Shown here one piece after another: positions 27,036 through 36,660 of a DNA stretch of 64,000 nucleotides (its first letter is position 1; each line of letters begins with the position of its first letter). Source of the stretch: an uncultured Candidatus Saccharibacteria bacterium (GTDB taxonomy: Bacteria; Patescibacteriota; Minisyncoccia; UBA6257); the NCBI GenBank assembly GCA_964479005.1, contig CAYZJA010000002.1, positions 1 through 64,000 of the forward strand, given 5' to 3'. The notes under the pieces were generated by a model. That model was given only the letters and a program-made list of their open reading frames with translations. It did no database searches and had not been told where the DNA came from. The position numbers and the translations under genes are program-made.

Positions 27036-27737
27036 TTATTTGTCTTCCTTTGCCTGCTCCATGGCTTGATCCACTTTATCTAAAATATAATCAATAGAGG
27101 ACTTTGCGCTATCATTAGCAGGAATCGGATAATTTATAGAAGTTGGATCATCATCAGTATCTAATACTGCCACAATCGGAATTTTTATTATACGCGCCTC
27201 TTTTGCCGCAGTATTATGAATTTTAGGATCTATAATAAATAAAGCATCAGGCAACTTAGACGTACCTTTTAAACCGACAAATTGCTCTTCCAATTTAGCC
27301 ATCTCCTCCTCTAGCTTCCTCCTCTCGTGTTTGGTATATTTTTGCCATTCACCAGATTTCTTTTTTTCTTCCAATTCTTTCAAATATTTAATCCTCTCAT
27401 TTAATGTTTTAAAATTTGTTAAAGTTCCGCCTAACCAACGATTAGTAACATAGGGGAAATTATATTTTTTTGCTAATTTTTCAATCCCGTTTTTTGCTCC
27501 TGGTATAGCCCCGACAAAAAGAATTGTACCACCTTTTTTAATTATTTCCTTCATAAAATCCAAAGCCACTTCTAATGCTTTTGCTGTTTCGCCTAAATCA
27601 ATGAAAGATACCTCTGTGTTGGATTTAAGAGTAAAATATGCGGCTTGAGGATGATTGCGGGTCTTCTTATGCCCATAATGCAATCCCGCTTTTTCCATTT
27701 CAACTTCTTCAACTGATTGTTGTTTTTCTTCTGCCAT
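27036..27737 (-). CDS. rpsB: Ribosomal protein S2 (start moved to the internal ATG MAEEKQQ)
   Basis: HYGHKKTRNHPQAAYF and flavodoxin-like S2 core; acidic C-terminal tail. Confidence 0.9.
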   Translation of the reverse strand: MAEEKQQSVEEVEMEKAGLHYGHKKTRNHPQAAYFTLKSNTEVSFIDLGETAKALEVALDFMKEIIKKGGTILFVGAIPGAKNGIEKLAKKYNFPYVTNRWLGGTLTNFKTLNERIKYLKELEEKKKSGEWQKYTKHERRKLEEEMAKLEEQFVGLKGTSKLPDALFIIDPKIHNTAAKEARIIKIPIVAVLDTDDDPTSINYPIPANDSAKSSIDYILDKVDQAMEQAKEDK

Positions 27738-27980
27738 ATTGTTGTGTTTTTCTAATCTACCACAAAAGATGATAGGAATCAAGAAGTTTAAAAACACTAC
27801 GACTGAAAAGCCGTAGTGTTGCAGTGGGACTTGTCCTCAAATACGAGAACATTTATTATATTATCACATTATATAAACTAAAGTCAACCTTTCCCTGTAT
27901 TTTTACCCCCACACCATAATAAACACTCAGTGCTTCGCACTAAAAATACAAAGTATGTGCTCATTTGGTGTGGGGGTTTA

Positions 27981-28009
27981 TTGCTTTTTTAAGCTTTTTT
28001 TGCTACAAT
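27981..28009 (+). promoter_or_regulatory. Candidate promoter for rpmE-prfA
   Basis: TTGCTT, 17 nt, TACAAT, lying 27 nt upstream of the rpmE ATG. Confidence 0.35.
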
Positions 28010-28035
28010 TCTCTTATTCCTGATGATACAAATTT

Positions 28036-28320
28036 ATGAAAAAAGACATCCATCCAAAATACAATACTAAAGCAACTGTGAACTGCGCTTGCGGGGCTAA
28101 ATTTAATGTTGGCTCTACTATTGATAAAATGGAAATTGAAATTTGCTCACGCTGTCATCCTTTTTATACCGGGCAAAAAAAATTGGTAGACACTGCTGGT
28201 CGTGTCCAAAAATTTAAAAATCGACTTGAAAAAACAAAAGGTATCAAAAGTAAAAAACCTATCCTGAGTAAAATTGAGAAAAGAAAGAAAAAAACAAATA
28301 GAAAGGCAAAAACCCGCTAA
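28036..28320 (+). CDS. rpmE: Ribosomal protein L31 with Lys-rich C-terminal extension
   Basis: CACG...[10 protein letters not shown] zinc-ribbon motif. Confidence 0.9.
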   Translation: MKKDIHPKYNTKATVNCACGAKFNVGSTIDKMEIEICSRCHPFYTGQKKLVDTAGRVQKFKNRLEKTKGIKSKKPILSKIEKRKKKTNRKAKTR

Positions 28321-28339
28321 ATAGCGGAAAAAGAAATAA

Positions 28340-29386
28340 ATGAAATTAGAAAAATTAGAAAAAGAAAAAGAAAATCTTTTTAAGAAACTCGGTAATCCTG
28401 AGTTTCTTTCAAATAAAAAGAATTTTGAAGAAGCTTCCCGTAAATTGAAAAAGATTGAAAGTGAGATAAATTTTCTTAAAATACTCGCAAAAACAGAGAA
28501 AAAGATAAAAGAAGCTGAAGAAATTTTAGTTGAGGCAACTGATGATGAACTTTTGTCTTTGGCAGAAGAAGATTTAAAAAAGAATAAACAATTAAAAGAA
28601 AAAATTTTAGCAGAAAAGGCGAAAAAATTGGAAGAAAACAATGATACATCTGAAATTAAAGGCATCATGGTGGAGATTAGGGCTGGAACTGGAGGAGAAG
28701 AAGCGGCATTATTCGCTCATGACTTATTCAGAATGTATAATCGATATGCTGAAAACAAAGGATGGCCAATTAAAATTATTAATATGAATAAAACGGCATT
28801 AGATGGTTTAAAAGAAGGAGTAATGGAAATAAATAATAAAGAAGCTTTTGAAAACCTAAAATACGAAGCTGGTGTGCATCGAGTTCAAAGAATACCATTT
28901 ACTGAAAAATCTGGACGTATTCACACTTCTACAGCAACGGTAGCTATTCTTCCTCAAGTAAAAAATGTAAAGATAGAAATCAAGGCAGAGGATTTAGAAG
29001 AAACATTTTTCCGTTCTTCAGGTCCAGGCGGACAAAACGTCCAAAAAGTAGAAACAGCAGTGCGTATTGTGCACAAACCTACAGGCATAGTAGTTACCTG
29101 CCAAAGCGAAAGACAGCAAAAACAAAACAGAGAAAAAGCTTTAGAATTCCTAAAAAATAAAGTTTTTAATAAAAAGCAAGGAGAAGCGATAGGAAAAACA
29201 GAAAAAGAAAGACGCGACCAAATAGGTCGCGCCGAGAGATCAGAAAAAATTCGTACTTATAATTTTCCACAGGATCGTATCACTGATCATCGTATTAAAA
29301 AATCCTGGCATAATATTGAACAAGTCCTCAATGGGAATTTAGATGAAATAATTAGAGATATTAAAAAGGAATATCATCAGGAATAA
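28340..29386 (+). CDS. prfA: Peptide chain release factor 1 (full length, domain 1 present)
   Basis: PxT-type motif (RIPFTE) and GGQ; 348 aa. Confidence 0.95.
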   Translation: MKLEKLEKEKENLFKKLGNPEFLSNKKNFEEASRKLKKIESEINFLKILAKTEKKIKEAEEILVEATDDELLSLAEEDLKKNKQLKEKILAEKAKKLEENNDTSEIKGIMVEIRAGTGGEEAALFAHDLFRMYNRYAENKGWPIKIINMNKTALDGLKEGVMEINNKEAFENLKYEAGVHRVQRIPFTEKSGRIHTSTATVAILPQVKNVKIEIKAEDLEETFFRSSGPGGQNVQKVETAVRIVHKPTGIVVTCQSERQQKQNREKALEFLKNKVFNKKQGEAIGKTEKERRDQIGRAERSEKIRTYNFPQDRITDHRIKKSWHNIEQVLNGNLDEIIRDIKKEYHQE

Positions 29387-29807
29387 CTTCCCCTGATTCT
29401 TCTTCCAAAACAGGAAGATCTTCCTTATTTGAATCCGCTTTTTCTGGCGGCATTTTTAATTCTTCTCCTTCTTCTTGCATTCTTCGGGGACCAAAACTAA
29501 TATTTTCAGAAATAATTTCAATCCTGGTTCTTTTTTGTTCATTCGCATCAACCCAACTTCTTGATCTAATTCTTCCTTCCACAAAGACCAAACGACCTTT
29601 AGCAAGATACTGATTGCATGACTCAGCCATTTTTCCCCAAACTACTACATTATGAAATTCTACTTCCTGTTGTTTTTCCCCATTTGCATTTACCCACGCC
29701 CTATTAGTAGCTACCCCAAAATTAGCTACTGATTTACCAGAAGGCGTATTATGAAGCGTAACATCTCTAGTGAGATTACCAATAATAAACACTTTATTTA
29801 AATTCAT
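29361..29807 (-). CDS. ssb: Single-stranded DNA-binding protein
   Basis: OB fold NKVFIIGNLTRD and acidic C-terminal tail ending DDIPF. Confidence 0.9.
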   Translation of the reverse strand: MNLNKVFIIGNLTRDVTLHNTPSGKSVANFGVATNRAWVNANGEKQQEVEFHNVVVWGKMAESCNQYLAKGRLVFVEGRIRSRSWVDANEQKRTRIEIISENISFGPRRMQEEGEELKMPPEKADSNKEDLPVLEEESGEVIPDDIPF

Positions 29808-29865
29808 AATTTTATTTCCGCCAGGTGGCGGATTATCTAATGTTTTCGACCCTGCCCCTCTGTTT

Positions 29866-30354
29866 TTATTCTTCTTTAAGAATTTCGCTAAGTTTTTTAT
29901 CTAATTCCTCAAGACTAATTACCTTTTCTTCTTCTTTGCCCTCCGTAGCTTTTTTATCCACCGAAGCTTTAGCGAAGGTAGAAACAGAAGAAGGCTTCTC
30001 TTGTTTCCTAAAAATAGGCTTCCTGAAAGTAGATCGCGGAACTTTTCGTTTTTCTTCCGGTTTTATACTCAAAACCATAAAGCGAATAAAGTCATTATTT
30101 AACCTGAGTCCTTCTTCTAAACGCACCAAAGGATCTTTAGATAATTTAAATTGAATATAGCCAAAATAAGCATTCCTTTCTTTCTTTACGGGATAAGCCA
30201 ACTGTTTTAATTGAGGCGATTGACTAAAAATTATCAAGGCACCTGATTTTTCTAATTGCTTCAATAAATTATCAAATTTTTGCTCAATTGCTTTTTCTTC
30301 TAACCGAGACGAAAACCAAAAAGATAATTCATAATTATTATTTTTCTGTTCCAT
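29866..30354 (-). CDS. rpsF: Ribosomal protein S6 with C-terminal extension
   Basis: YELSFWF...QLAYPVKK...FIRFMVL aligns to the S6 core; lies upstream of ssb as in the rpsF-ssb-rpsR operon. Confidence 0.8.
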   Translation of the reverse strand: MEQKNNNYELSFWFSSRLEEKAIEQKFDNLLKQLEKSGALIIFSQSPQLKQLAYPVKKERNAYFGYIQFKLSKDPLVRLEEGLRLNNDFIRFMVLSIKPEEKRKVPRSTFRKPIFRKQEKPSSVSTFAKASVDKKATEGKEEEKVISLEELDKKLSEILKEE

Positions 30355-30358
30355 AAAT

Positions 30359-31381
30359 CTATTTTTTTGTAATTTGCTTCAAAAGTTCTTTTCCAATTTT
30401 AGAATTTTCTTTTAAAAACGTTCGCGCTGTTTCAAATCCTGCCCCCAATTTTATCTCACCAAAACTGTAAGTTATTCCTCTTTTCGTAATAATGCCTTCT
30501 TTAACCCCCATATTTAATAAGTCGCCGTGATAAGAAATACCTTCGTTATAAAGAATATCAAATTCTGTTTCCCTGAAAGGCGGAGCAACTTTATTTTTTA
30601 CTACCTTTGCCTTTATGCGCGAACCTATTATTTCATCTCCTTTCTTTATTTGCGCTCTTTTCTTTAATTCTATTCTGACTGACGAATAAAACTTCAGGGC
30701 TTTCCCTCCTGTGGTAGTAACGGGATTACCAAACATCATCATTCCTATTTGCATTCTTGTTTGATTAGTAAAAATAATTGCCGTATTACTTTTATGCGTT
30801 ATGGCGGCTAATTTCCTTAAGGCTCTGCTCATTAATCGAGCTTGTAATCCAATCTGTTGATCGCCCATTTCCCCTTCTATTTCAGCTTTTGGAGTTAATG
30901 CTGCCACTGAATCAACAATGATTAAATCTATTGCTCCTGAACGAACCAAAACTTCTACTATATCCAATGCCTGTTCTCCATTATCAGGTTGAGATATCAA
31001 TAATTCTTTTGTTTTTACTCCAATTTTATTGGCATATTCTGGATCAAGGGCATGCTCTGAATCAACAAAAGCCGCCTTTCCCCCTTTTTTTTGAATTTCA
31101 GCCACAATATGAAGAACTAAAGTAGTTTTTCCAGAAGATTCAGCGCCATAAATCTCGATAACCCTTCCTCGTGGAATACCACCTACTCCTAAAGCCAAAT
31201 CTAATGACGGTGAGCCTGTAGGAATAACATCAATATCAACCTTCCTAACTCCACCGAGCCTCATTATTGTACCTTCACCAAATCTTTCTTGAAGATCACT
31301 CATTACCTGATCTAAAACATCTCCATCTTTTTCAGAAGAATTAGATTTGCCTTTTTTCTCTTTATTTAAAGATTTAACCAT
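30359..31381 (-). CDS. recA: Recombinase RecA (start placed at the internal ATG; the track start is a TTG at 31399)
   Basis: Walker [11 protein letters not shown] plus L1/L2 loop regions. Confidence 0.95.
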   Translation of the reverse strand: MVKSLNKEKKGKSNSSEKDGDVLDQVMSDLQERFGEGTIMRLGGVRKVDIDVIPTGSPSLDLALGVGGIPRGRVIEIYGAESSGKTTLVLHIVAEIQKKGGKAAFVDSEHALDPEYANKIGVKTKELLISQPDNGEQALDIVEVLVRSGAIDLIIVDSVAALTPKAEIEGEMGDQQIGLQARLMSRALRKLAAITHKSNTAIIFTNQTRMQIGMMMFGNPVTTTGGKALKFYSSVRIELKKRAQIKKGDEIIGSRIKAKVVKNKVAPPFRETEFDILYNEGISYHGDLLNMGVKEGIITKRGITYSFGEIKLGAGFETARTFLKENSKIGKELLKQITKK

Positions 31382-31397
31382 AGAAGAATCTTTATTC

Positions 31398-31430
31398 AAA
31401 GAACCTGCTCGCTCTGCTCGCAGAACCTTG
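31398..31430 (-). repeat. AGGTTCT direct-repeat element copy immediately upstream of recA
   Basis: Minus strand CAAGGTTCTGCGAGCAGAGCGAGCAGGTTCTTT. Confidence 0.6.
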
Positions 31431-31522
31431 AAATTAAAATATTCTATTTTAATTATAAGCTATATTAACAGTTCTAAAAAGATATCGCAACTCAAAAATT
31501 ATTTATAACTGCTCATATTCAA

Positions 31523-32191
31523 TTATTCAATAACAGCATAAATGATTTGCCGGACTAAAACGGTTTCATATCCTAAAATATTTACTGCTCTAAATTGAAT
31601 ATTATTAATGCCTGGCGCAAGAACAATTTTTTCATCAAATGAACCATCCTTCTCAAAAGAAATTTCCTGATCTTTAATAAAAAATCTTTTCCCGCGAATT
31701 ACTTTTCCAGAAATTAGTAGTTCTGCCTGATTCGTAGTAAAATCACGATCTGGTGAATAAAGAATAACTTTAGCGGGAAGAATAAAAGAACTAGCTTCAT
31801 AGATAAAATAAAATAAAATAAATCCCCAAAAAAAATATTTTAATATTTTTGGAGAAATATTTTTAAAAAAAGAAACAAATTTTGATTGATAAGTTAAAAA
31901 CCTATTTTTAGGAAGTAAATCGTATTTACCAGAAGATAAATCTCTCCCATTGCTTTTTTGATAAAGCCCAAGAACTTTTTCCTTGTCTAATTTTAAAAAA
32001 TTGGCATATTTTTTAATCACGCCCTTCAAATAAACCGGCGGTGGTAAATTCTCATATTCATCATTTTCTAAATCTTTAAGTATGGATAATAAAATTTTTG
32101 TTTCTTCAGAAACTTTTTCTAAAGACCATCCTTTTTCCTGGCGCATTTTTTTTAAAAAAGCGCCGCATAATAAGCTTTCTTTATCGTTCAT
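31523..32191 (-). CDS. RodZ-like HTH membrane protein
   Basis: N-terminal XRE-type HTH, single TM, C-terminal extracytoplasmic domain. Confidence 0.5.
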   Translation of the reverse strand: MNDKESLLCGAFLKKMRQEKGWSLEKVSEETKILLSILKDLENDEYENLPPPVYLKGVIKKYANFLKLDKEKVLGLYQKSNGRDLSSGKYDLLPKNRFLTYQSKFVSFFKNISPKILKYFFWGFILFYFIYEASSFILPAKVILYSPDRDFTTNQAELLISGKVIRGKRFFIKDQEISFEKDGSFDEKIVLAPGINNIQFRAVNILGYETVLVRQIIYAVIE

Positions 32192-32213
32192 AATTTTCTT
32201 TTTTATTAAAAAA

Positions 32214-34331
32214 TTAATTTTTCTTCTCTGCTTTTACAAATACCTCCCTTGGCTTAGCCCCATTAAGCGGTCCAACTATTCCCTTTTCTTCTAAAATATC
32301 TAAAAGCCTGGCAGCTCTTGCATAACCAATTCGCAATCTTCTTTGCAATAAAGAAGCTGATGCTTTTTGAGCTTGTACTACCACATCATAAGCATCTGGA
32401 TACAATTCATCTTCTTCTGTTTGATCTAACCCTCCAAAACCAATGCTTCTAGGAGATGGTGATCCCTCTATAAATTCTTGCAAATCCTCGGACAAACCAT
32501 TTTCTTCTTCTTCAACTCCTGATTCTTCAATAATAAAAGTTACTAATTTATTAACTTCTTGTTCTGAAACATAGGCGCTTTGAATCCTTCGTGGTTTGGA
32601 GGAATCAGGAGCAAGGTAAAGCATATCCCCGCTGCCTAAAAGTTTTTCTGCTCCACCAATATCCAAAATGGTTCGAGAATCTACTTGCGAAGCTACTTGA
32701 AAAGCAATTCGCGCTGTAATATTTGCTTTAATTAAACCAGTAATTACTTCCACTGACGGCCTTTGCGTAGAAACAATAAGATGAATGCCTGTTGCCCGAG
32801 CCATTTGCGAAATTCTAATTATTAAACCTTCCAAATCACGGCCATAACGCGCCATTAAATCAGCTAATTCATCAATAATTATTATTACATATGGCAATGG
32901 CATTTCCTTTTTTGCCAAGGTTTTTAGATTATAATCTTCAATATCACGGCTTTTATATTCAGAAAGCAAATTATACCTTCTTTCCATTTCATTCGTAGCC
33001 CAACGAAGCGCTGGAAGCACTTTTTTATAATCAGTGATAACTGGCGTCAAAAGGTGCGGTATCTCATTGTAGTGAGAAAGTTCAACCCTCTTGGGGTCTA
33101 TCAAAATTAATCTTAACGTTTCTGGAGAATTTTTAAAAAGAAAAGATGAAAGAATACCATGAATGCATACGGATTTCCCCGAACCTGTAGACCCAGCTAT
33201 TAAAAGATGCGGCATTTTGCTCAAATCCGCCAGTAATGCATCGCCTTTTACATTTCTACCTAATGCAAAAGACAATGACGAAGCGACTTTTTGAAAATCG
33301 CTTTCTTTTAATAAACTCCCCAAACGAACTAATGAAATAGATTTATTAGGAACCTCAATCCCAACTAATGATCTTCCAGGAATAGGAGCTTCTATGCGTA
33401 ATGGATGAGCTGCCAAAGCTAAAGCTAAATCATTTTGAAGGGCAGTGACGCTGGAAAGCTTTACGCCTTCAGCCGGCTTAAAAGTATATTGGGTAACTGT
33501 TGGCCCCACATTTACTTCTCCCATTTCCACATCAATTCCAAAGTTTTGAAGAGTTCTTTTAATAATATTGGCATTAGCCCTGATATCACCAACGCGAGGA
33601 CGAATATTTTCAGTTTCCAATAAACCTAACGATGGAAATTTGTAATTACTTTTTGATCTTATAAAAGCGCGCATTTTCTTTTCTGATTTGGCTTCTTTAT
33701 CTTTTTGTTCTTTATCAGTAACCTCTTCAATTATTTTTTCTGGCTCAGAAATTACTTTTTTTTCCACAGATTCTGGAAAAGAAGAAATTTCTACCTCTTC
33801 TTCCTCTTCTTCTTTGCCCTTTCTCAAAAATCTAAGAGGAATATTCAAAACTAATAAAAATCCCGAGATTAAAACAGCTATATATATAATTAAAGTAGGC
33901 CAAAGCCCCAAATAATTTTTTAGCAAAGCGCCTATAGTACCAACTATACCACCCTTGCCATTGGCAAAAATCTCAAGAAGGGAAAGAGTTGAAAATAGTA
34001 TAAAAAAACATCCCTGAAATGTAAAAATAGTAAAATTAATCTTTTCAGATAAAGAGCGGAAAAAAATAAATGATATTAATAAAAAAAGGATTGGTAAAAC
34101 AAAATATCCCCACCCTAAAAGGTAATCAAAAAGCTTAAATACCCCTCTTCCTATAGGACCAGCTAGATTAAAGGAGCTTAATATTAAAATCAAAGCTAAA
34201 CATAAAAAGAGAATCACATAAAGGCTATTCCTAATTTCTGTGCCCAAAGATGCCTCTGGAATTATTCTCCTTAAAATTCCTCTTCCATTTTCCAAAAAAT
34301 TGATTTTTAGTCCTTTCTTCTTTTTACTCAT
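32214..34331 (-). CDS. ftsK: DNA translocase FtsK/SpoIIIE
   Basis: N-terminal TM helices, Walker A GSTGSGKS, C-terminal winged-helix gamma domain. Confidence 0.9.
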   Translation of the reverse strand: MSKKKKGLKINFLENGRGILRRIIPEASLGTEIRNSLYVILFLCLALILILSSFNLAGPIGRGVFKLFDYLLGWGYFVLPILFLLISFIFFRSLSEKINFTIFTFQGCFFILFSTLSLLEIFANGKGGIVGTIGALLKNYLGLWPTLIIYIAVLISGFLLVLNIPLRFLRKGKEEEEEEVEISSFPESVEKKVISEPEKIIEEVTDKEQKDKEAKSEKKMRAFIRSKSNYKFPSLGLLETENIRPRVGDIRANANIIKRTLQNFGIDVEMGEVNVGPTVTQYTFKPAEGVKLSSVTALQNDLALALAAHPLRIEAPIPGRSLVGIEVPNKSISLVRLGSLLKESDFQKVASSLSFALGRNVKGDALLADLSKMPHLLIAGSTGSGKSVCIHGILSSFLFKNSPETLRLILIDPKRVELSHYNEIPHLLTPVITDYKKVLPALRWATNEMERRYNLLSEYKSRDIEDYNLKTLAKKEMPLPYVIIIIDELADLMARYGRDLEGLIIRISQMARATGIHLIVSTQRPSVEVITGLIKANITARIAFQVASQVDSRTILDIGGAEKLLGSGDMLYLAPDSSKPRRIQSAYVSEQEVNKLVTFIIEESGVEEEENGLSEDLQEFIEGSPSPRSIGFGGLDQTEEDELYPDAYDVVVQAQKASASLLQRRLRIGYARAARLLDILEEKGIVGPLNGAKPREVFVKAEKKN

Positions 34332-34376
34332 TGCTTACATTTTAACATAAAAAAGGAGCATTGATAAAGCCCTTTT

Positions 34377-34856
34377 TTAGGTGTATCTATCAGCTACTTT
34401 AGAAGCTCCATAAGATTCAGGCTTAGTCTTGACATTAAAACCAGAACCTCTAACCATGCCAATTATTTCTTGAAGCATCTCCTTTGTTTTTCCTCGAGAA
34501 CCAATGTCTACATGAACCTCAAAATCAAAATTAATATTTCTATCTTGAGATAAATTAAATAAGATTTCTTCGGCTAATTTCAAAGAGATCATTACTTCCT
34601 GATAAATTCTTGCCCTCAAACTATTAATCTTTTTTTGGTTAACTCTTCGCCAAAAGAATCTTCCTCCATGTCCAACGCGATAAACAACAATGGCGCTGAC
34701 AAAATCTGTTGTCCCATGATTAGCAGAATCTGTCCCAATCACAACTTTATATTTTTCCGTAGGGTCAGATTTAATATAAAAAAGAAGCTCTTTCACAAGT
34801 TCCTTATAACTAAATGATTTGCCACTTGGCGAATTAAACCTCTTCTTATTATCCAT
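34377..34856 (-). CDS. YkuK/DUF458 family RNase H-like protein
   Basis: VIGTDSANHG..FVSAIVVYRVGHGGRF matches the YkuK pattern IVGTDSQ..FVTAIVIHRVGKG. Confidence 0.5.
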   Translation of the reverse strand: MDNKKRFNSPSGKSFSYKELVKELLFYIKSDPTEKYKVVIGTDSANHGTTDFVSAIVVYRVGHGGRFFWRRVNQKKINSLRARIYQEVMISLKLAEEILFNLSQDRNINFDFEVHVDIGSRGKTKEMLQEIIGMVRGSGFNVKTKPESYGASKVADRYT

Positions 34857-34865
34857 TGCAAAAAT

Positions 34866-35066
34866 TTAATAGTTAATAAAAGGCAAAAGACCCATTACTC
34901 TGGCCTTTTTTACGGCTTTTTTTAATAAACGCTGGTGCTTAGCGCATAAATTAGTTTTTCTTTGAGGATAAATCTTCATCTGGCTGGAAATAAAGCGCTT
35001 CAAAGTTTCCACATCTTTATAATCTATTTCTTTTTTATTTTGGAGACAAAAATAACATTGAGACAT
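34866..35066 (-). CDS. rpsR: Ribosomal protein S18
   Basis: CYFC...[14 protein letters not shown] signature. Confidence 0.9.
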   Translation of the reverse strand: MSQCYFCLQNKKEIDYKDVETLKRFISSQMKIYPQRKTNLCAKHQRLLKKAVKKARVMGLLPFINY

Positions 35067-35088
35067 AATAATAACAAATTTTTAATTT

Positions 35089-36630
35089 TTAACGGCTGGC
35101 TAATTCTTTAAGATAAGAAATATCCCTTTCATACCTATCAGCTATCGCCAGTACATTATCTCCGTAAAAACGATAACGTGTATTTGTGGATCCAGAAAAA
35201 TAAATCATCGCCGCGCGCCACTCTGCATCCCTTGTTTGTTTAGCTGCCCCCCATCTGGATAAATATAAAGCAGCGGCAACAAAAGCATCTCTAATATCCC
35301 AAGGATTAGCAGGATTATTACCTGTGATTTTACTCACCTTATCTTTGTAAATCATCCATGTTGAGGGGATAAATTGAGCCGGACCCATTGCTCCGCCCCA
35401 ACCAACCTGTTTTCCACTTCTAAACATTGGGCAGGAGACAGGAGTTGTGTTAGGATCTAATCCCAATTCCCTGCAAACTTGTAAAAATGGTTGTTGATCC
35501 CTGCTTGGTTTCATTATCTCTCTCCAGCTTTTACTCGGAGGATCCCCAGGACGGTTACAAGTTCCTACATTCTGTCCTAAATTAGATTCCTGAGTCAAAA
35601 TTGCTAAAAGAAAAGCTGGCCTTACTCCAGTACGACTACTTACCCAATTGGCTATTTCCAATGCTTCACCAAAAGTAACTTGAGTTTTTACCCCAATTAA
35701 CTGATAAATACGCGCTCTAATCTCATTCGCTTTTTGCCTTGATTCAGACAACATTTGCTGATACTTATCTTCGTTTCCATCAGTAATATGCCAAAGATCA
35801 ACTTTTTCACTCTCTGTTCTATTTAAATCATTTTTCTGGAGCAACTGCATTGCTAATAAGTTTTGAGTTTCATCCTTGTCACTGCTTAATTCTTGATTTT
35901 GCTTATTTAAAGTTAGCTTTAAGGCTTCAAGCTCTTCAATACTTTCTTGAATCCTTTCCTGAATATTATTAAGAGCATTGGAATAATCAAAAAACTCGCT
36001 TATTGTCCCTGACCCCAACAGTATTTCTAAGAGCGACACCTGCTTTAATTGATAAAAAGATTGTAAAGAATTTGTTAAATTTTCTTTTGTTGCCCCTACT
36101 TTATCAATAGTTTTAATAATAGAAGTTGTCGTTTCATCAATTCTTACATCAAGATATTGCAAATTGAGATTGGTAGATTTGATTTGAAGGCTTAATTTTG
36201 ACGCCCTGCTTCTTAATTCATTAATTTTATTTTGAAGGGTCTGCTTTTCCTGTTTTGTCGTAACTATTAATTTTTCATATTCGGCTATTTCTTTTTCAAC
36301 TGATGCTAACTCTTCCTCTAATTTAGCCCGCTCTTCATCATATAGAGCTTCTGCTTCTTTTGATTGAAAAAAGATTGGCGCTGTTACGCTGGATTGAATA
36401 ATGGAAAAAAGAAAAAAAGAAAAAATTAATAACGAAACAAATCTTTGTCTTGTTATTTTCGAACGAAGTGAAAAAACAAGGTTCTGCGGACAGAGTGCGC
36501 AGGTTCTTATTTTTTTCCCTTTAGAAAAAAAGGGTGGAATAAATATTTTTCTCTTGTTTTCTACAATTTCTTTTTTAAAAGGAAAGGAAATATCTTTAAC
36601 CTTCTTTCTAGAAATAGACTTAATAACCAT
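35089..36630 (-). CDS. Membrane-anchored coiled-coil protein with C-terminal MltB/Slt35-like lytic transglycosylase domain
   Basis: TM helix, about 250 aa of coiled coil, then C-terminal ILTQESNLG ... GAMGPAQFIPSTW (the G.MQF.PSTW family motif). Confidence 0.65.
   Translation of the reverse strand: MVIKSISRKKVKDISFPFKKEIVENKRKIFIPPFFSKGKKIRTCALCPQNLVFSLRSKITRQRFVSLLIFSFFLFSIIQSSVTAPIFFQSKEAEALYDEERAKLEEELASVEKEIAEYEKLIVTTKQEKQTLQNKINELRSRASKLSLQIKSTNLNLQYLDVRIDETTTSIIKTIDKVGATKENLTNSLQSFYQLKQVSLLEILLGSGTISEFFDYSNALNNIQERIQESIEELEALKLTLNKQNQELSSDKDETQNLLAMQLLQKNDLNRTESEKVDLWHITDGNEDKYQQMLSESRQKANEIRARIYQLIGVKTQVTFGEALEIANWVSSRTGVRPAFLLAILTQESNLGQNVGTCNRPGDPPSKSWREIMKPSRDQQPFLQVCRELGLDPNTTPVSCPMFRSGKQVGWGGAMGPAQFIPSTWMIYKDKVSKITGNNPANPWDIRDAFVAAALYLSRWGAAKQTRDAEWRAAMIYFSGSTNTRYRFYGDNVLAIADRYERDISYLKELASR
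36461..36512 (+). repeat. AGGTTCT direct-repeat element copy, antisense within the N-terminal coding region of the 35089..36630 gene
   Basis: GAACGAAGTGAAAAAACAAGGTTCTGCGGACAGAGTGCGCAGGTTCTTATT. Confidence 0.7.
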
Positions 36631-36660
36631 TTTGAAGATTTTGTTACTACTTTTTTATCG

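Noticed and set aside
28147-28668. 173-aa minus-strand ORF
   Set aside because: Antisense to rpmE/prfA; S/F-rich low complexity.
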